From: Schizochytrium sp. TIO01
Taxonomy: Eukaryota > Protista > Bigyra: Labyrinthulomycetes
Direction: 5' to 3'
Length of the DNA: 64,000 bases
NCBI GenBank assembly: GCA_004764695.1
Contig: SMSO01000025.1
Location: 4,938,862 to 5,002,861 of the forward strand
Below the pieces are notes generated by a model that was given only the letters and a program-made list of their open reading frames with translations, had not been told where the DNA came from and made no database searches. Of this stretch, positions 57,551-64,000 are shown piece after piece; position 1 is the stretch's first letter; each line of letters begins with the position of its first letter. The position numbers were made by a program, and so were the translations under genes.

Positions 57551-60500
57551 TTATGATTTTGCGTATGTGAGGTATCGCAAGGAGATATATTCACCTGACT
57601 TCCAAAACAAGCAAAATGCAAGCAAAATCAGAAAATTATGCTCCCACGGCGTTTCTGCATAATCAAAATTCGTGCGCAAGAATTGCCAAACGTTAAGTTT
57701 GGAGTAACCAACTGTACCCATAGGAATATCCAGTATTGTGCAGCCAGGAAGATTCATATTGCACACTTGCGTACAATCTTGCTTAACGTTACAGCTGGGG
57801 GTGGCAACATTGAGATTCAAATCTACCTTACAATCGCACCATAGTTGTGATCGCATCAGAGCCTGGAGTGAGTAGTATGACGGCGAGATCGTGTAGATCC
57901 AAGCGAGAGCATCAGGAGTCTCCTCGCGGCTAATGAAGAGACCTGCAAAAAGAATGAAGAAGGACAGTGTTAAACCGACACCCGCCACTGCTGCACGAAT
58001 CTCTGGCGTTAAGGCAACATAGAATTGACTCATGAAAGAAAAGTTCAGGAACGTAGCGAATAGAATTGCGGAGAAGGCAAGATACGCACTCCCATCTGTA
58101 CGAAGACCAATGACAAAATACACCGGGGCAACCGAAATTAATGCTGTCACTGCAAGATATAAAATCTCTGCCATGGACGCCCCAAGAATGTACGCGAATG
58201 TGGTGTAGATATGCTCGTTCTTCTCTCGATAAAAGACCGACCGCATCTTACTTGCAATATCTAGAGTTGACAAAGAAACTAGAAAGCTCACTACAACTAC
58301 GCAGTAATCCAGCACACCTAAATACGATTGAGTTTCGGCAATTGTTGTGAATTCTGTAGTTTGAAACAGGACGAGATTAAATACGAACATAAAGAGAGTG
58401 AGAGCAACCACACGTAATAACGTAAACTCTGGAGTCCGCCAATAAGCTACTTGCCATCTCCAAAGGACTGCAAAGGTTGATTTCCATCGAGGGATCATAA
58501 CCCGTCCTTCTAGAGTTTGCACGGAGTGCTGTTTTACGTCTAATAGGTTTGCAAGCCGCGCAGCCTCAGGGGACGACCTCCAAACTTCAGACCAATCTAG
58601 CATTACAGTTCCTTCACTTGATTCATGCGATTCTACTGAATCGTTTGAGTGTGACAAGTTTTTCGGCCGCAATTTTGACCCAGTGGAGTTATCAATCACC
58701 TTGATTTGGCCCACTGCAAGTACATCTAAGGCATAACAGCTTGGGTTATACTCTCCAATAGGTTCTAAAAGAGAATTTCGTTCTTCGCGTAAAAAGTACG
58801 GGATCATTTCAGACACAGGCCCGTGGAAAGCAACGTATCCGCCTTTTTGTAGTAGCAAAATGTCGTCAAAGAGGGCAAATACCTCTCGGCTTGGCTGATG
58901 AATGGTACATAAAACAGTGCGTCCAGTCATGCAGATTCTCTGAACAGCACGCATAGTTATTTCGGCAGCTGTCGCATCAAGCCCAGAGGTCGGTTCGTCG
59001 AGAAACAATATCGCCGGGTTTGCTGCTAGCTCCACGGCCACAGTGAGTCGTTTAAATTGGCCCACGGAAAGCCCTCCATGTCCCTTTACGCCGATCTTAT
59101 AGTCACGAATAATCTCAAGCGAAAGTGTTCCCAAAATTGAGTCTACAAATTTTTCCAGTTGTGCCGTTGAAGTACCTTTCGGTAGACGAAGTCTTGCAGA
59201 AAAGAGTACCGCTTCTCGCACAGTATAAAATGCACAGTGGTGATCCTCTTGCTCGCAAAAACTTAAAAGACGTTGATAGCGCTTGGCATTAGTTACTACT
59301 TGCCCATTAATAATTAGGTCGCCTGTTCGCTCACCAGAAGTTTTCCGCAACGCAAGCTGATTTAAAAGCGTCGTCTATCCAGCACCAGTGGCACCAATAA
59401 TCGCACACATACGACCATTCTTTACATGCCCATTAACATTGTGCAAAAGTTGGCGTGGTAAACCACTGCTACTTACGGTATAGGAAATGTTGCGAAACGA
59501 GAAATCCAATTTGGGACAAGGCATACTCTTTGCAAGACCTTCGACCTTGGATCGAGTCGGTCTCGTCGAATCTGTGCCACGTTCGTCTGCTTCGTTTGAC
59601 ATTTCTGGTTCATCTGTTAATGCATTTTCTAACCATTCTGGATCTTCTGGGTAGCAAGAGGTCTCCTCTTTCTCAAGGAAACGTTTTTCCTCTTCAATGT
59701 CTTCTTCCACAGGCCCGAATGTCCGGGCAGAGCTACGACTGTCAAATCGAACATTTCGTAGAAGGATCCACTGTGCCACTGTGCTAAAGAAGGCAATGCC
59801 CAGACAATACAGAGCACCATAGAATATCCATGTTCGATCAGATCGAATCTCATACGCATCAAAGACGAGTTGTGAACGCCCAGCAAAGGTGTTGCTGTCA
59901 AACACAGTAATGGCAAGCCCCCGAAAGGCATGTGAGGCTGGAGACAGCCAAAATATCCACACTAACCAGCCTGGGATTGTTCCTTCAGATACGACAATTC
60001 CATTAAAGCAATAGATAATCCCTGAAATAATTGACGCGTGTACTAGAAACGCAATTACAAGGTCTGGCGATGCATAAGCAATGGCTAGGGTCAGTGCATT
60101 CGTAGCTAAACTCAGGCATGTGCTAACACCAATCCAAAGTCCCAGAGTTGTTGCCATGTCTCCCGCATTGCGATCTACTATGTTTGTCATGTTTAGTACA
60201 ATGAGGGAGGTTGTGACTACCTCAAAAACGATTGTAACTATCATAGTGATCAATTTGGCTAGAACGAATGAAATAGCACGCATCATGCCCGCATCAAGTT
60301 GTTTATGAACAACGTCTCGCTCTTGCATGATGAATGGGAGAGATTCGAACGAAGTGACTGCATACAAAAAGCTCATGAAATAAATTACAGACACGCGATT
60401 TCGCATCCATCCGAGATCACCAGCCTCATTTGCTACCTCTGTCAAATTATAAAATACGCAGCCCACAACCACACTGATTATCACAGAAATTAACAGCAGT

Positions 60501-61921
60501 GCAAAGTGAATTAACCTATTTGACCAGAATACCTCCAGTTGATGCCGAAATACTACCTTGAAATCGGTCCAGGCATCTAAAATAAAGGGGTTGCGGTTGT
60601 TCATATAAAATGAAGGGATTGGATCTTGTTCAAACTTCGGGCATTCCTCATCGACTCCAAAAGTTGCCTGTGCGATTTTTCTCCTCCAGAGAGAACCTAG
60701 CGCGGCCGTTGTATGAAAGGCGCCTTCTTTATTGTCTCCGTCATAATACCTGCACCGGCGCAAAGAAGCCATATCTGAAAGGAATTCTCCCAAACTCCGA
60801 CCCACTCGCCATTTATAGCCGAGGCTCGCAAAATAATCCACGGTGCCTTCGACTGGACCATGATAGATTATGGCTCCCTCGCTCATAATTATGATGTCGT
60901 CGAAAGATTCAATGAGTTCTGGTCCAGGTTGAAGAAGGGACACAACTAGTGTGGAGCCCATCTCCCGCGCTGATTGCGTCAGTTTGCGAATTATATTAAG
61001 AGCGGTATTGCTATCAAGCCCCGTTGTTATTTCATCTAATAAGAGAACTGGATGACGCCCAAAGAGCATTTCACCTATAGTGACTCGCTTGCGTTCGCCT
61101 CCTGACACCCCGCGAAACAATTCATTGCCAATAATAGTTTCAGATGCACTACTTAGACCCAGGAGCTCCAGGGTGGTATCTACAGAGGTTGCTAGATCTT
61201 GATCAACTTGCTCAGCTGAAACAGATCGACATGGCTTTGTACCCTTCTTGCCAGAGAAGGCTTTCGAGCTACCAACTGTCTGAGAAGCAAACTCGAAGAT
61301 CTTTCGGACAGTTTGAAGTGGCATGTGTGAGTCAACCTGGCTTACATAAGTTGCCACACGCTTCATTTCAAGTGTGTCTTGAACGTGGCCATTGTAGGTT
61401 ACTTTACCTATCAGACGTGCACCATGTGATGGGCGAAGACGTCCTGCTAATAATTTGAGGAAGCTGGATTTGCCACTGCCAGGAGCACCAAGCAACAGCG
61501 TGCTTGTTCCAGAGTGCAGCTTACCTGATATATTATCAAGAATACTATACTCATTACATTTGGAGTTTCTGCAGACTCGGATAGCATCACAAATCGCAGT
61601 TCCTACAGTACTGACTTTCAGATCTTTTGAGGAGGCCTTTCCGAGGAATTGCACATTAGAAAACTCAATGCTAACAGGCCAGCGAGGTTCACCTGGAAAG
61701 GGCTTTAACACGTTCGTGTTTGTCGTGCGCTGTGTTTCGAAACTGAATGCAGACTTTAAAGGTGGGCTTGATTCAGATTCTGCTCGCTGAGGATATATCC
61801 ACGCTGTCTCTTCCTGAACAGATTTTAACTCCGTGCCTGTATCTTCACTTTGATGATCATCTTGAGGTTCTTGGTGGCACTTCTCCACCTGTTTCAGTGT
61901 GAAGGCCTTATCAGGCAACAT
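57551..61921 (-). CDS. Full-size ABCG/PDR-type ABC transporter (NBD-TMD-NBD-TMD) interrupted by one in-frame TAG; pseudogene or sequence error
   Basis: NBD1 has GAPGSGKS, VSGGERKRV and LLDEITTGLD. NBD2 has GATGAG*TT, LSVGQFKRL, FLDEPTSGLD and TIHQP. The two ORF-track ORFs are in the same frame, separated only by TAG at 59375-59377. First ATG at 61921. Confidence 0.9.
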
Positions 61922-64000
61922 GGTGCTTAAGTCTTGCTGTTCTTGATGAATACCAATTAGAGAGAGAAACCATACCAAGTTGCTTTCTCCCTTTGCAAAT
62001 TTGATGTCTTCTGCAAGTTTTGTGTTTGCTTACTTTGCTGACAAAGCCTTCAATGCCATTTCAGATATAGAAGTTTTCGATCTGCAACATTGAACCTTGA
62101 GCCGTGTTGCATTTAAATCAAAAGAAACCTTACATCGTTTCTATGTTAATCCACTTAGATCCATTTGGACTTTGCTTTACTGCTGTTTACGGAGCTTTGT
62201 TTTAATTAGTTTGACCCAAGCTCAAACCAACACAACCTTAAAAGTCGAAAACTGAGCATAGAGAAAAATACACCACAAATATGTATATCTGCAGCTTTTG
62301 TTATTTGGACAAGTCGATAAAATCAGTGTGGAAGTACCAGGTGAATTGCCGCGGCGATGTTCATTTAGAGCAGCGATGTTGATCTCTCAGTGCCCTATAC
62401 AGGTGGCCGCACTTCTTTTTATCAATGAAGCGACAGTGATGAAAAGGAACCTTCTGAAAATCTAAGCTACGGTCCGCGCCAATGACTCCCAATTGCCGCT
62501 CTTGGGTTGACTCAACACTAGTGCCCTGCCTTACTAAGACCTTTCAAGGATATATCTCTGGGTCTACAAACTGGATTCTAGAACTCATTGATTTTTAAGA
62601 TAAATGGAAATGAACAATGGAGACAACCTTGAACACGACATACTACCTCTGCATATACCAAAGCAAAAGCATATGCCTTTTTGATATATTTGAGTCATTC
62701 CCACAGTTATTCTGAAGATATCATAATGGAGCTGAGGTGTAGTTGTATGACGAGCCAAGTCAGTACAAATATGCTAATTGTTTGAATTTAACTATTCTAC
62801 TTTCCAACCCTCGCCATTTTTTTTTGTAATACTTTGCGCCCAACTCACAGGACAAGTCTGCGCTGGTTATCTATCACTAAACCTTACGATTGGAAATGGA
62901 GTGAATGAGGGCAACTATTTGTTTTTCCGTTTTTTATTATATTATTTTTATTCTCGTGGGTTTTAGGTCCTATAAAGTCAGTGTACTGCATTGTGGCTGT
63001 ACTGTCCATTGACCCACAGCTTTTCAAATGTGTAAGAAGAAAATTAAGTACGTCCAATGAACTGATCATCCAAACCAGCAATGCGTGTCGCCTTTTGTTA
63101 CGTTGTCGAATAGCATACCTTTGTATCTTTTTTATTAATGTATTTTTAATTAAAATAGAGAGGGGAAAAAGTATTTTATAATGTTTGCTATGTAAACGCA
63201 AGACTTTGAAAGTAGTCTTAATGTAGACTCATCAAATACTTTCGTGGTTGTTTTGTCTTTTTATATCGATTCATAGTTTTTTTGTCTGCGTCAAAGCACA
63301 TAGTCGACTAAGTCACCATGTTCAAGCTACCAACTCCTCGCTTTGAAAACCCTTTTGAATTTATTTTAAGAAACAACCTCAACAAATTTTATGAATTAAA
63401 AAAACAAAATAAAAAAAAGTTGGGAAGAGGATCATCTGCTTTTCGAAACCTATCTCTAGAAAATGAGACATCACGCCTGCCAGTGGTTGCTATATCTCGC
63501 ATATTCCTATGTTTTAACTGAGAGCCAGAGTTGTCTTGCTTAAACCTACCCATTCTCTATCAGTCTCCTCTTCGGATGAGAAATAAATATAAAATCAAAC
63601 ACTTCTGTTGTGGTGATTTGCAACTCTGACATTGTCCAAGGCTAGTAGTAGGGTTGGCAGGGCAGAGATATGAAAGGAGAGAGAAAAAAAAAAAAAGAAC
63701 TGATTAAAACTCATGAGGTCAAAGAAATTATTCCTGATCCAGAAAGGTGTAACGGACAAGCAAATACTGTATGGTATTTCCGGTCAAATTATGTAAACTA
63801 GACAGTCAGGCCTGGTCAGTTCATTTATTGTTTAGTTGCAAACCAGCATACTTGTCTTCCTTCCAGGGTTTCATTATCCTTATTTGAGTGTAACAAGTTA
63901 TTTCTTACTGTCCGCGCCGCGGAGTTGTCTTTGACAGCCAGCTATTTTTCTACCCTTCCTTTGTTTCCCTGCTTTTTTCTTTTTTAAATTTGTACTCCAG

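Noticed and set aside
57551-59350. Separate 599-aa half-size ABC gene
   Set aside because: It starts at TTG just after Walker A and is in frame with the upstream ORF, so it is the second half of one PDR gene.
59375-59377. Alternative genetic code (TAG reassigned) or pyrrolysine
   Set aside because: Several genes in the window end in TAG at plausible C-termini, and no other internal TAG occurs in conserved genes.

Overview
Intron-poor eukaryotic nuclear DNA with long single-exon ORFs and microsatellite-rich intergenic spacers. The style suggests a stramenopile protist, possibly a thraustochytrid (inference only). About 15 protein-coding loci are present: a tandem-UIM protein, a PILS/auxin-efflux-carrier-family transporter, a MacroD-type macrodomain protein, 14-3-3, PAF1, RRP36, an SRPBCC protein, a GPH/MFS_2 symporter, an orphan low-complexity protein, eEF2, a TSP1 membrane protein, organellar bL25, a 2OG-Fe(II) oxygenase, a Ded1/DDX3-like helicase, ornithine aminotransferase, and a full-size ABCG/PDR transporter. 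Two items stand out. (1) A decayed, internally deleted IS607-family element on the minus strand at about 41.64-42.52 kb is largely invisible to the ORF track. It has a serine-recombinase TnpA remnant fused to the C-terminal part of a Fanzor2/TnpB-like RNA-guided nuclease, followed by a structured 3' region where an omegaRNA is expected, and it carries a small nested insertion with a 7-bp direct repeat. (2) The ABCG/PDR gene is broken by a single in-frame TAG exactly at the Walker A lysine of NBD2. Weaker traces of decayed genes (kinase, ankyrin) lie in the intergenic regions. No tRNA, rRNA or CRISPR array was recognised.
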